A stretch of DNA of 64,000 nt from Gemmatimonadaceae bacterium (GTDB lineage: Bacteria; Gemmatimonadota; Gemmatimonadetes; Gemmatimonadales; Gemmatimonadaceae): NCBI GenBank assembly GCA_044224875.1, contig JBGAJQ010000004.1, positions 32,001 through 96,000 on the forward strand, given 5' to 3'. Positions 43,801-53,272 of this stretch are shown here, one piece after another. A model generated the notes under the pieces. It saw nothing but the letters and a program-made list of their open reading frames with translations, was not told the DNA's origin and searched no databases. The translations under genes and the position numbers were made by a program. Numbering within the stretch: the first letter of the stretch is position 1; the number at the start of each line of letters is the position of its first letter.

Positions 43801-43966
43801 GGGGACGCAGTCCGCCGAGGCGATTTTCGAGGTATTCAACGTGCTCGGACGGAACAATTTCCGTGATCCGGCATTCGGGTCGCTGCTCTTCAACTTCGAT
43901 GGCACCATACGGAGCGGACTGGGAGACCCACGCCAGCTTCAACTCGGGATCCGCTACTCGTTCTAG
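40880..43966 (+). CDS. TonB-dependent receptor (Oar-like, N-terminal carboxypeptidase-regulatory domain)
   Basis: LPNNGRNF, AEFGRSAGG..NAITKSGTN, QPRLGIAWD, C-terminal QLGIRYSF. Confidence 0.93.
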   Translation: MSLLHRHWVRRRAVYGTLTALGLVLCATGRRLQAQAQATTGIVRGTVTDSSGVALSNATVMLRNQETNVSRTVRTSSAGLYVATLLPLGSYEVTVRALGFEPTSRKDIQVRVGVVVEQSFQVARRVTELAAVRISDRSEAPVNVSRTEAATELSEQVVRALPNNGRNFLALTLLTPNVAVTQGPDGDVLSVAGQRGIFNNVSVDGADFNNPFFGEQRGGQRPAFTFNLDAVQELVVTSQGANAEFGRSAGGFVNAITKSGTNTLKGTLHYFGKYSALSGQLKRNGVTLDPDFGQNQFGFTLGGPIVKDKAFFFMAYDQQTYQDTKQKVRPASAAFDSLKSFLGSTGAAWNGALTNDFGPIKRTNDAQVFLAKLDWRLSDRNLLSVKYNFTNSEQKNGTFDVDTWGASANAIEKDHSHALSGQLTSQLSNSVSNEFRFQFAREDRPRDYDAPTLPNGRDFPDIAMDFVNAFRIGRPFFIPVEYYDTRVQLLNNVTWVKGNHLIKAGGEVNAVSSNQTFIGFANGRFIFSSVTGFINYARNGNGYVECSNNTTSLTGSCPNGASITGPVLLYLQQAGVGGRTVEESGTQDIPQTDLALFLQDTWKPSPRLTINYGIRWEGEKQPDVLTDPSQVFFAPFIGQTVTNSKGTFAFPSNGKIPSDYGMIQPRLGIAWDVRGNGSEVVRVTAGQYNARVAALNFASVRNNNGSIGQTMFRNSALTGVLGAPPRIEDLLPAPGANDVPFQPGIFVVDKNFRNPRTFSTTAGYERTIGTRGLTGAVSYTFAHSDRLTRFVDRNDAAFGNPWSSGLPNGNGLGTLTTVESSANSIYNGITLNLARRNAENWLFDLNYTLSWDKSDDDNERDPFTFRYARADRLDAEWGYSDRDQRHRFNGYLLNKLPGRVLLNNRVTYTSAQPMSESCGDGTNGTVANQPTGQRATSGAARLCPNGTILERNTLRRDNAYFTWDLRLSRVIPVRGTQSAEAIFEVFNVLGRNNFRDPAFGSLLFNFDGTIRSGLGDPRQLQLGIRYSF

Positions 43967-43994
43967 CCAAGTACCTCGCGAAGGCGCTGAACCG

Positions 43995-44035
43995 ATCGGC
44001 GCACGTGGCGACGGCTCGCTGCGTGCGCCGATTTT
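43995..44035 (+). terminator. Intrinsic terminator after the TonB receptor gene
   Basis: ATCGGCGCACGTGGCGA-cggc-TCGCTGCGTGCGCCGAT stem with 2 G-U pairs, followed by TTT. Confidence 0.75.
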
Positions 44036-44175
44036 CCACCATGGGGGACCTTCCGCCGAGCGGGACCGTTCCGCACTTTGGCGGTTGGTCGCCCCGAGAA
44101 TCACTTCTCCCATGACCGTAGCCGCCAGCCCGAGGTGACGGAGCAGATGGTACGCCGGCTCAATCCGTATCTGCG

Positions 44176-46500
44176 ATGAGCGATCCCTCCAGCGAGATGA
44201 CAGGCCTAAAGACGGTCGCGCCGCGGTCTCCAGCCACGCGGTTGCCCGTCGTCTTCCTGGCGTTCGCCAACGCCACGGAGGCCCATCTTGCCTTGCTCAA
44301 GGCGGAAAGTCGCGAGCTGTACCGGGTGCTGCAACCGTTGGAGGACGCCAATCACGTCGCGCTGCAGCGCGAAGAAAGCTGCCAGTTCAACGAGTTGTAC
44401 GATGAACTGGTGGCGAATCTCGATCGGCTCGTAGTCTTCCACTACGCCGGGCACGCCAACGGGGAGTTGCTGCAGTTCGAGGATGGCTCCGGTGGGCGAG
44501 AGGGCTTGGCGCGCTTGCTCGGTCAGCAAGAGCAGCTCAAACTCGTCTTCCTCAACGGATGCGCGTCGCGGGGTCACGTGCAGTCGCTGCTCGGCGCCGG
44601 CGTTCCCGCCGTGATCGCCACATCGGTCCCCATCGGTGACGAGAAGGCGCAGCGGTTCTCGGCGGCGTTCTACGCCGCGCTCGCCGGTGGAGCAAGCATC
44701 GCCAAGTCCTTCGAGTCTGCCCGCGGCTTTGTCGAGGGCCAGCAGAAGGGAGGCGGCGTCGCCTTCACTCGGGACCTGGGCCGAGCCGACGACACGCCGG
44801 AAGCGCTGGTGGCACCGGTGTTGGAGTGGGGGCTCTACACGAGGGAGGAAGCGGCCGGGGATCTCGAAGGCTGGCGCCTGCCCGACGCGCGCGCGGCCTG
44901 GGCCGTCCAACTGACGGATGGCGATGGCCCACTCAAGGACTTGAACGGCGCGCCCGTCTCGATCGAGATGAGACGACCGACGCGCTCGTTCTCATCTCTC
45001 AGCTGCAACGCGTGCGGTGTCACCACGAGCGCACCTGCGGAAGCGGCTCCGGTGTGCCCGGTTTGCGGGTCACCACAGGCACAGCGGGGGTCAGCCCAAA
45101 CGATGCTCCCCGCTGGCCGCCTTCCTTTCTCGATTTCGGAAGACGCAGGGCGGAACGTGATCGCACAACGCGTCGCGGCGCCGAAGGCGATCGCTCGGCA
45201 GGAGCAATCGACAGGCGCGAGCGCACCGGCACTCGGTGGACGCGACGGCAGCGCAACGTCGTCATCGTCTACCATTCGGCTCACCCCGTTATTCATTCCG
45301 TACTGGGTCTTCGATGTCGAGACGCGCACGAGCGTGGACGCCGAACGAGGTTGGAACCGTGCGTTAGGCGAGGTGAAGGTGCAGTTCGAGTGGGAACCGG
45401 TGCGCGAGGCGATCGACGTTGATCGGCACAGCTACCTCGTTGTGGCTGGAGCATTCCCAACGGCTGCTAACCAGGGCAGCCCCGATGCCAGTTGGTATTG
45501 GACACTCGACCGCGCTGAAGCCGTCGCGCCGACAAGCGACCTCGCGGGCACCATTCCCATCCAGGTAACCGTGCAGCAGGCGTTCGATCGCGTGAGCCAG
45601 AACATGCGGCAGGAGATCGACGCCACGGCAATGGAGCGAGTCGGTGGACAGGCGCAACGAAATCTCAAGACGGACACGCGTTATCGCGCCGTTCAGGTCC
45701 GCGCGCTGTGGCTGCCGCACTGGCTGGCCACCTGGGACAGCTCCGACGGAGCGCCCACGCGGGTGCTGATCAATGGCTGTACTGGTGCCATGCGGCAATT
45801 GCAACTGACGACAGGCACGCAATCCCGAATCGAGACAGGAACGCCAATGCCCGAACGCACGTACGAGCCCGCGACCACTCCCTCAGGCCCCTCACCAGCC
45901 ATCTCGATCTTCAGCGGAGTAGGCATCGGCGTGATGGTGGGACTGCTCCTCGGGTTGTCACTCTCGCCGATCGTTGGTGTGTTCATTGGCGCGGTTGGTA
46001 CGGGTTTGGCCGCTCTGCTTGGGCTGAACGACGCGCACTTTAGTGCCGCGAAGGGCCTTCGGATCGGCTCCTTCGGCCTCGCCCTCGTGTTGTCGGCACC
46101 GATCTCGATCTACCTCAGGGCGCATAACGTGCTCGGCTCTGGCCCGCCAAGCCTGGCCGTTCGCAAGGCGGAACTCCTGGCCGCGGGCTTCGACTCCACA
46201 CGCGCCTTGGACCTGCTGGCCACTTCGGCCAAGGCTCAAGGCGAGTCGTCGCCAGAGCAGAAGGGTGGGCTGTTCGCCGATTCGAGTCTGGTGGACTACG
46301 CCGCGAAGCTCGACCCCGAGTTGTTCGGCAATGACCCGGCCAAGACGCTGGAGCGTGTGCGGGCGGTCGACAACGATCAGTTCAAGGGGCTCGCGGACAG
46401 CATCGCGAAGTACGTGCCCGTACAACATCAGGTTGGACTCGTGAAGGCGACGCTACGTGTCATCTGCAAGGCCCAGGATCCCAAGGCGGAGTGCAAATGA
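44176..46500 (+). CDS. CHAT (caspase-like) domain + Zn ribbon + unknown domain + multi-pass membrane region
   Basis: FHYAGH and LVFLNGC His/Cys motifs; CNAC-x13-CPVC; PYWVFD...LPHW...LINGCTG domain; about three Gly-rich hydrophobic helices. Confidence 0.85.
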   Translation: MSDPSSEMTGLKTVAPRSPATRLPVVFLAFANATEAHLALLKAESRELYRVLQPLEDANHVALQREESCQFNELYDELVANLDRLVVFHYAGHANGELLQFEDGSGGREGLARLLGQQEQLKLVFLNGCASRGHVQSLLGAGVPAVIATSVPIGDEKAQRFSAAFYAALAGGASIAKSFESARGFVEGQQKGGGVAFTRDLGRADDTPEALVAPVLEWGLYTREEAAGDLEGWRLPDARAAWAVQLTDGDGPLKDLNGAPVSIEMRRPTRSFSSLSCNACGVTTSAPAEAAPVCPVCGSPQAQRGSAQTMLPAGRLPFSISEDAGRNVIAQRVAAPKAIARQEQSTGASAPALGGRDGSATSSSSTIRLTPLFIPYWVFDVETRTSVDAERGWNRALGEVKVQFEWEPVREAIDVDRHSYLVVAGAFPTAANQGSPDASWYWTLDRAEAVAPTSDLAGTIPIQVTVQQAFDRVSQNMRQEIDATAMERVGGQAQRNLKTDTRYRAVQVRALWLPHWLATWDSSDGAPTRVLINGCTGAMRQLQLTTGTQSRIETGTPMPERTYEPATTPSGPSPAISIFSGVGIGVMVGLLLGLSLSPIVGVFIGAVGTGLAALLGLNDAHFSAAKGLRIGSFGLALVLSAPISIYLRAHNVLGSGPPSLAVRKAELLAAGFDSTRALDLLATSAKAQGESSPEQKGGLFADSSLVDYAAKLDPELFGNDPAKTLERVRAVDNDQFKGLADSIAKYVPVQHQVGLVKATLRVICKAQDPKAECK

Positions 46501-47933
46501 GACCGAGTCGGTTTGAACTGGCGACCGTGGCGTTGGTGGTCGCCGCGTCGATCGGGCAGGCGCAGGACACGCCTGACCGCAAAAGCGCGGTATCGGTCGT
46601 CCGCATCCTCGCGACGCAGCGTGACGGTCGCACGCAGAACCAGGGGACCGGTTTCGTGTGGCTGGACCGACGGCACGTTGTGACCGCCCTCCACGTGGTG
46701 GCAGGTGCCGCGAGCATCGACGTCTACTCCGAGGCCAAGAAGGACGGCGCCACGGCCAAGGTTGAAGCCGCGAACCTGCAGGCCGATCTGGCGCTTCTCA
46801 CCCTGTCGAAGGACCTCGGACTCGAGCCACTCACGGCTGCACCCGCGCGCCTAGGCGACGAGCACTACATCTGGGGCTATCCGCTCGACGTGGCGACCAT
46901 GCAGCGCGATGATATTCGTTTCTCGCGAGGGCTGCAGGAGTCCGCCACGCTCAAGAGCATCTTCCAGACGGAGGATCGCTTCCGAAAAGTCGTTGGCAGT
47001 CAGCCATTTCCCCGGATCGACGCCGAGATCCTGCGAGTCAGCTCAATCATCACCCATGGGCAGTCCGGTGCTCCAATCATGAATCGCACCGGTCAAGTCG
47101 TTGGGGTTGGCGACGGCGGGTTGCATGAAGGCGCCGCACGGATCAACTGGGCAATTCCCGCTGCCACGTACCTGAAGAGTCGAGAGAGCTTCGGGGATCA
47201 GGCCCCGGCCGCGGCCGCGGTGGCATCGAGCCTGATGAGTGCCGTAACCGAGCGACGGGTGGACTACGTTCCGCCAGCACCAACTCCAGGACAGCCACTT
47301 CCCACGCAAAGCGGCAATCCGAGTGACCTGAAGGGCTTGCACCTGACGTGGACGGCCTCACTCAAGGACATCCTCGAGACGTTGCCGGATTCCGACTATG
47401 AAGACTTCGGGGACATCGTCGACGCGCTAGGTGAAGACGGCGTAGCGCGCGCGATGATCGACGTCTACGAAGATGCAACAACGGGGGCGACGATCGCCGT
47501 GCCGCGCGGCATCCAGCTTATGTTCGACGCCGAGAAGCACCTCGTCCACGCCTGGTCAGGGGACGGGAACACCGAGATGATCGTGCAGGTCACGACCGGA
47601 CGGAACGTGTCCGACGCCGAGGCGGCGTCCGACGCCTTCGAGCGCCTCCTGGACACGCGGGGCGCGTGGAAGGCTGATCCCAAGAGCCCGGACGATGAGG
47701 ACGGCGGCACGGATCCCGATGGCACCGTCTGGTCCAACATGCGATGGAGCCGGATCATGACGGACCCTGCGCATCCATCCACCGTCACGAATGCCATGGA
47801 AGCCGAGTTTGTGCTGGAAGGGGGCGACTTCCTTGGGACGGCCGTGATCGTGAAGGTGTCATCGCGCCTGAACGAGCGGTTGATGAACGTTATGATGGCG
47901 TGCGGTCTCTTGTCTGACTTCGCAAAGCGTTAG
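46497..47933 (+). CDS. Secreted trypsin-like (S1) serine protease with acidic C-terminal domain
   Basis: GTGF, VTALHVV, DLALL, GYP and GQSGAPI triad motifs; signal peptide; ATGA overlap with the CHAT gene. Confidence 0.88.
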   Translation: MRPSRFELATVALVVAASIGQAQDTPDRKSAVSVVRILATQRDGRTQNQGTGFVWLDRRHVVTALHVVAGAASIDVYSEAKKDGATAKVEAANLQADLALLTLSKDLGLEPLTAAPARLGDEHYIWGYPLDVATMQRDDIRFSRGLQESATLKSIFQTEDRFRKVVGSQPFPRIDAEILRVSSIITHGQSGAPIMNRTGQVVGVGDGGLHEGAARINWAIPAATYLKSRESFGDQAPAAAAVASSLMSAVTERRVDYVPPAPTPGQPLPTQSGNPSDLKGLHLTWTASLKDILETLPDSDYEDFGDIVDALGEDGVARAMIDVYEDATTGATIAVPRGIQLMFDAEKHLVHAWSGDGNTEMIVQVTTGRNVSDAEAASDAFERLLDTRGAWKADPKSPDDEDGGTDPDGTVWSNMRWSRIMTDPAHPSTVTNAMEAEFVLEGGDFLGTAVIVKVSSRLNERLMNVMMACGLLSDFAKR

Positions 47934-47965
47934 GGCGCACGCCTGATAGATCCGCGAGTCGCGCA

Positions 47966-47996
47966 CTCGGCGACGGGCTTCCGAGCCGTCGCCGAG
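47966..47996. terminator. Hairpin between convergent genes
   Basis: CTCGGCGACGG/CCGTCGCCGAG perfect 11-bp stem; no U tract. Confidence 0.55.
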
Positions 47997-48015
47997 GCGA
48001 TGAACAGTGGTGTCA

Positions 48016-50210
48016 TCAGAAGGCGAACATCCGCGTGACCTTGAGCGCCACCGTTCGCTCGTTCACGTCGCGCGTCGATGTGTCGCGACGCTCGGTGTAC
48101 ACCAGGAAGACGTCCGAGAGCGGCGCATACCGGAAGTTTATCCGCGCGTTCGTCACGTAGGAGTTCGTCTGGGTGTTGTACTGGACGTATGCGCTACCGA
48201 GCAATCGCGTCGACCAGGCGTAGCGCACTCGCAAGCCCGCGACATCGGCTTGGAATTCCTTCTGCGGCAGTCGGACGTCGTTCCGTGTGTATGTGCCTTC
48301 GATGCTCAGGTCGTAGCGAGCCCTCCAGGTGAGACCGCCGCCTACCGTTCGTCGCGTTCCGTTGTAGAAATCCCCACCTGACAGGCTCACGTTGCCAAAG
48401 AGGGCGCGCCCCTGTCCGGACTGGTATTTCACTGTCCCTTCACGATACGCGTAGGAACCGGTATCGATCGTGACATCGGAGAAGATCGAGAACGCGGCAT
48501 CGACACGGTCGAACTGATCGGAGAGCTGCAACGACAGCTGGCCGTCGGGTTGGAAATACAACTCCAGCCCTGCCGATGCGGTCCGCGACTCCATGGCGTG
48601 AGACAGGTCCGCGACGTAATCGAGTTCGACGTATGGGTTCACCTCCTGGATTGCACGGAGGCGAGGACGTGCGTGAATGCCGACGGTGCCGTAGGTCTCC
48701 TCCATGGCACGCCGGCGAATGAAGCCCATGCCGGGGTCGAAGTGTTCCGACACTCGCTTCCACATCGCCGAGGTGTTCCAGAATGCGTCGCGATAGCCGA
48801 ACGACAAACGTGCGGCGTTGCCGTCCGATGTGGTGTCGGTCGCCTCGCTGCTCGCGATGTACGCATTGATGACGCCGTTCCGGAACGGTCGGATGTTGGC
48901 ATCGAACCCGAAGCTCCGGTTGTACAAGTTGCTGTCCGTGGCCTGCCGGTTCAGCACCATCACGCCAACGTCTGAGGTACCAAGGAGATTCCTGCGAATG
49001 CGTGCGAGCGAGAAATTCTCCGCCGGCAACCCAGCCGAACGCTCGGTCTGCATGTTCAGGAACCCCAGCTCGCTCGCGCCGACGCGACCAGAGAGTCTTC
49101 CACCCCCTACGATGCGATCGTGCGCAGGTTGCGTTCCTGGACGTCGCCAAACTGCGTGGAGCCGGAATTCTCGATGAAGAATTCGCGTCGCTCGGGAAAG
49201 AACAGCGAAAAGCGCGTGAGATTCACCTGCTCCTGGTCCACCTCGACCTGGGAGAAGTCCGTGTTGTACGTGAGATCGAGTGTGAGCGAGGGCGTCAACC
49301 CGAACTTGAGGTCCGCGCCTGCGTCGTACCGTGATCCCAAGTTGGCGTCAATGACCTGAAGTCCGGTCGAGTGGCCACCCAGCGCGAACGGTTTGAGCTG
49401 CATGTTTCGCCCCTGATGCAGCCCCTCCAGTCCCGTCAAGGTGCCTGCCTTCGACATGCGGTGCAGCCGGTACTGGCGTTCGAGCGGCGCCCAATACGAG
49501 GTCTCGTTCACGCGGCGCACGCGCCGGATGAAGTTCACGCCCCAGTCCTGCACGGGCTTGCGCGCATCGAACCGCAGCGTTCTCGTCGGAATCTCCAGCT
49601 CGGCGACCCATGACGAGTCGTTGAAGCTGGTCCGCACCGAAATGATGCCCTCCCAAGCGTCCACGACATTGCGTGAATCGTTGAAGGTCTGCTCGTCGCG
49701 CACCGCGCCGTGCGGATTCACGAGGAACAGGAACGAGTTGCGACGGTCGAGGAAGGTGTCGAGCACCAACCCGAAGATGTCCGAGTTGGTCGAATTGAAG
49801 TCGCGCTCCAGACCAACCGTGATCGCCTTCTTTGGAAAGGGATCGTAGTTGACGGCGCCGATCCAGAGGTGATCCGCGTCGTACAGGACGCGCACGACGG
49901 TCTTGTACTCGGCCGGATAGCCCGTCTGCGGCAGCTGCTGGACGAAGTCCGTAAGGACCGCCGCCTGCTTCCAGGCCTCGTCGTCCAATCGCCCATCCAG
50001 GACGATCGGACCGGACGCGCGGACGGCTGCAACCGAGGGGCGAGGCGCGGTTTCCGGGTCGACGACGCGCGCGGCCGACCGGGCGCTGCGGTCAGCGTCC
50101 TGGGCTTGCGCCGTGTTTTGACCGAGGAACAGGAACGCGACAGCGATGCCGCGAATTCGGGGGGAGAAAATGGCGAGCTCGGGGGGAGGGGACCACCCTA
50201 AGTAACGCAA
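48016..50210 (-). pseudogene. Second DUF5916 protein, split by an apparent internal deletion and frameshift near 49107-49125
   Basis: 5' part has LDGRLDDEAW, NTDFSQVEVD and FPERREFFIEN; 3' part resumes in another frame at IVGGGRLSGR; start approximate. Confidence 0.8.
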
Positions 50211-50405
50211 TGCCCAGCCGCGTTGCTGAGCACCGGCGTCGGTTCTGCGGCAGACATACTGATCGGCCTTATGGCAGCGAGGGAGCGCGTGACGGTCCAC
50301 GACCAGGCGCGGCCTCGGAAGAGCTGGCACCTCCGCTCGCTCAGCGCCGGCGCGCCAACTAACCTTCGAGTCGTCACGTCCCACCGACCCCTCCCGAGGA
50401 GCGCG

Positions 50406-52043
50406 TTGACTCCCTCCCGATCCCCCAGTCGATCCACAGCTCCTCTGGGCGGGTGGGAGGCTGAGTACGCGGTGCTCGTCGCACCTGACCGCGCGCCGCT
50501 TGGTGCCGTCGATCTCGAACGGCTCGCCACCGCCGCGCACCTGCTCGGCCGGGATGACGAGTGCATTGAGGCGCTCACGCGCGCGCACGCCACGTTTCGA
50601 GACAACGGGGACGTCGCAGGCGCGGCGCGGTGCGCCGTGTGGCTGGGACTGCGGCTCATGCTCCTACGCGAACACGCGCAAGGGAGTGGCTGGCTGGCGC
50701 GCGCCAAGCGCATGCTCGACGAGTCCGGCGACGATTCGGCGTTAAGAGGCTACCTCCTGCTTCCGGAAGCTATCGGGCAGCTGGAGTTCGGTTCTGCAGA
50801 ACGCGGGCTCGCCCTGTTCAACGAATCGGTCGCGATCGGCGAGAGGCATCGCGATCGGGACCTCACCGCCCAAGCGCGATTGGGTATTGGTCGCTCGCTC
50901 ATTCGCCTTGGTCGAGCGCCTGAAGGCGTGCGGCTGCTGGACGAAGTGATGGTGGCCATCACGACCGGAGAGATCCCGCTGCTGATCGTCGGCGACTTGT
51001 ACTGCAGCATGCTCGACGCGTGCGTGGAGATCTTCGATGTGGCGCGCGCGCAGGAATGGACCGACGCGCTGCAGCGCTGGTGTGAGGCGCAACCTTCGCA
51101 AGTTCCGTATCGTGGGACGTGCTTGCTCCGGCGGTCGGAAATCCTTCAGGTTCGCGGCGACTGGGAGCAGGCGGTCCTGGAGGTGGAGCGAGCGATCGCT
51201 TGCATCTCCCAGCGGAAGTCGATGCCCGGTATTGGGACGGCGCACTACCAATTGGGTGAGCTGCACCGATTGCGCGGAGAGTTTGACCGAGCGGCCGCGT
51301 GTTACGGTGAAGCCGTTCGTTTTGGTCGTCACCCGCAACCCGGACTGGCACTGTTGGAGTTGGCGCGAGGCGACCCCAGGGCCGCGCTCCGCGGCATCGA
51401 GGCGGCGTTGCGCGAGACGAAAGACCGGCGACAACGGGCGCGATACCTCGGCCCCGCCGTCGAAGTCGCCATCGTCGCTGGCGACCTCGCCGTAGCGGAG
51501 TCGTGCTGTGCGGAACTGGAAATCCTTGCGGAGCAGATGCAGACGCCGTTGTTGCGCGCCATGGTTGCGCGTGGGCGCGGGAGTCTGGCGCTGGAGCGAG
51601 GAGACGTGGCGGTCGCTCTCGCCGCGCTGCGCGATGCGCGTGGGATCTATGTCGACCTTGGCGCGCGGTATGAGGCGGCGAGGACTCAACTGTTGTTAGG
51701 CCGCGCGCTGACGGTGACAGGCGACGTCGAGTCGGCGGCACTGGAGACCGACGCGGCGCGACGCGCATTTGATGAGATGGGGGCCGCGCACGCGCCTGCA
51801 GCGACATCCATCTCGGCTGAGTCGCGACAGGACCAAGGGAGCCTGACCTCACGCGAGCGCGAAGTGCTGGTGCTGCTTGCCACAGGCGCCACCAATCGAG
51901 CGATCGCCGTTCGGTTGGGAATCAGCGACAAGACGGTAGCCCGTCACATCAGCAACCTCTTCCTCAAGCTCAATGTCTCGTCTCGGGCTGCGGCAACGGC
52001 CTGGGCCTACGATCACGACGTCGTGGCACGCAGTTCTACATAG
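50406..52043 (+). CDS. TPR-containing LuxR family transcriptional regulator
   Basis: C-terminal LTSREREVL..LATGATN..IA..L.IS.KTV..H HTH; GAGGAG before TTG 50406. Confidence 0.9.
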   Translation: MTPSRSPSRSTAPLGGWEAEYAVLVAPDRAPLGAVDLERLATAAHLLGRDDECIEALTRAHATFRDNGDVAGAARCAVWLGLRLMLLREHAQGSGWLARAKRMLDESGDDSALRGYLLLPEAIGQLEFGSAERGLALFNESVAIGERHRDRDLTAQARLGIGRSLIRLGRAPEGVRLLDEVMVAITTGEIPLLIVGDLYCSMLDACVEIFDVARAQEWTDALQRWCEAQPSQVPYRGTCLLRRSEILQVRGDWEQAVLEVERAIACISQRKSMPGIGTAHYQLGELHRLRGEFDRAAACYGEAVRFGRHPQPGLALLELARGDPRAALRGIEAALRETKDRRQRARYLGPAVEVAIVAGDLAVAESCCAELEILAEQMQTPLLRAMVARGRGSLALERGDVAVALAALRDARGIYVDLGARYEAARTQLLLGRALTVTGDVESAALETDAARRAFDEMGAAHAPAATSISAESRQDQGSLTSREREVLVLLATGATNRAIAVRLGISDKTVARHISNLFLKLNVSSRAAATAWAYDHDVVARSST

Positions 52044-52146
52044 AATTGCCCATATGACATCGACACGCGCCGTACACGGTTTTCCCGAAGCGAGAGTGGC
52101 GCGCCTTTGTTAGCGTACTTGGGACACGTGAATCAGCGGAGGAGTT

Positions 52147-53268
52147 ATGGCACGTGAACGCATAGAGACGGTTGTCATTGGTGGTGGACAAGCGGGGTTG
52201 TCGGTGGGTTATCATCTCCAACGCGCTGGCGTTCCGTTCGTGATCCTCGACAAGCGTCAACGCGTGGGTGACAGTTGGCGTGAACGGTGGGACTCGCTGA
52301 GGCTGTTCAGTCAAGCGCGCTACAACAGCCTGGATGGCCTGCGCTTCCCGACGTCGCCCACGTATTTCCCTACCAAGGACGAAATGGCGTCGTACCTGGA
52401 GTCGTACGCGCGCCAGTTTGACCTCCCCGTGCGTACGGGTGCACTCGTGCGGCGCGTAGCGCGCGAGGGCGATGGCTATCTGGTCACGACGAATACGGGT
52501 GAAATCGCCGCGAACCACGTGATCGTGGCGATGTCCAACTATCAGGAACCCAACATTCCGTCCTTCGCGGACGCGCTCGACCCCGGGATCGTACAGTTGC
52601 ATTCGAGTAGCTACCGCGATCCGTCACAGCTTCGCCCCGGGCCCGTGCTGATTGTTGGGGGAGGGAACTCGGGGGCCGAAATCGCCAAGGAACTCGTGAA
52701 GGGGCACCAGGTGTACCTGTCCGGTCCCGTCGTGACCGATGTGCCGTTCCGGCCGGAGAGTTTCGGCGGCCGTCATATCTTCATGCCGCTCCTCTTTCGC
52801 GTGCTCTTTCACCGCATCCTTACCATCAACACGCCTGTTGGACGAAAGGCTCGACCCGGGGCGCATTCCACCACACCGCTCATTCGTGTCAAGACGCGCG
52901 ACCTGACGTCTGCGGGTGTAACACGAGTCCCGCGCACGACCGGTGTAGACCGGGGGCGACCCGTTGTAGATGGCGGGAACGCGCTGGACGTCGCCAACGT
53001 CGTCTGGTGCACTGGGTTTGAACCGGAGTTCTCGTTCCTCAAGGTGACTGTAGCGTCGCCACAGCGAGACGACCACCATGTGCGGGGCGTTGTGACTGGC
53101 GAGCCCGGGCTGTACTTCGTCGGGTTGCACTTCCAGTTCGCCATGTCGTCGGCGATGGTGCACGGCGTGGGCCGCGACGCAGCGTACGTCGCCGGCGTAG
53201 TGGCCGATCGCGTCAGGCAGTCGTCAGGTCGGCCGTCAAACTCCATCGCGACGGCAGGCGCCGCCTGA
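52147..53268 (+). CDS. Flavin-containing monooxygenase-like FAD/NAD(P) oxidoreductase
   Basis: GGGQAG, LHSSSY, GGGNSG, WCTGF; GGAGGAG RBS. Confidence 0.92.
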   Translation: MARERIETVVIGGGQAGLSVGYHLQRAGVPFVILDKRQRVGDSWRERWDSLRLFSQARYNSLDGLRFPTSPTYFPTKDEMASYLESYARQFDLPVRTGALVRRVAREGDGYLVTTNTGEIAANHVIVAMSNYQEPNIPSFADALDPGIVQLHSSSYRDPSQLRPGPVLIVGGGNSGAEIAKELVKGHQVYLSGPVVTDVPFRPESFGGRHIFMPLLFRVLFHRILTINTPVGRKARPGAHSTTPLIRVKTRDLTSAGVTRVPRTTGVDRGRPVVDGGNALDVANVVWCTGFEPEFSFLKVTVASPQRDDHHVRGVVTGEPGLYFVGLHFQFAMSSAMVHGVGRDAAYVAGVVADRVRQSSGRPSNSIATAGAA

Positions 53269-53272
53269 CGCC

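Noticed and set aside
49107..49109. Stop-codon readthrough (TAG recoding) in the second DUF5916 gene
   Set aside because: The downstream half is in a different frame and a conserved segment is missing.
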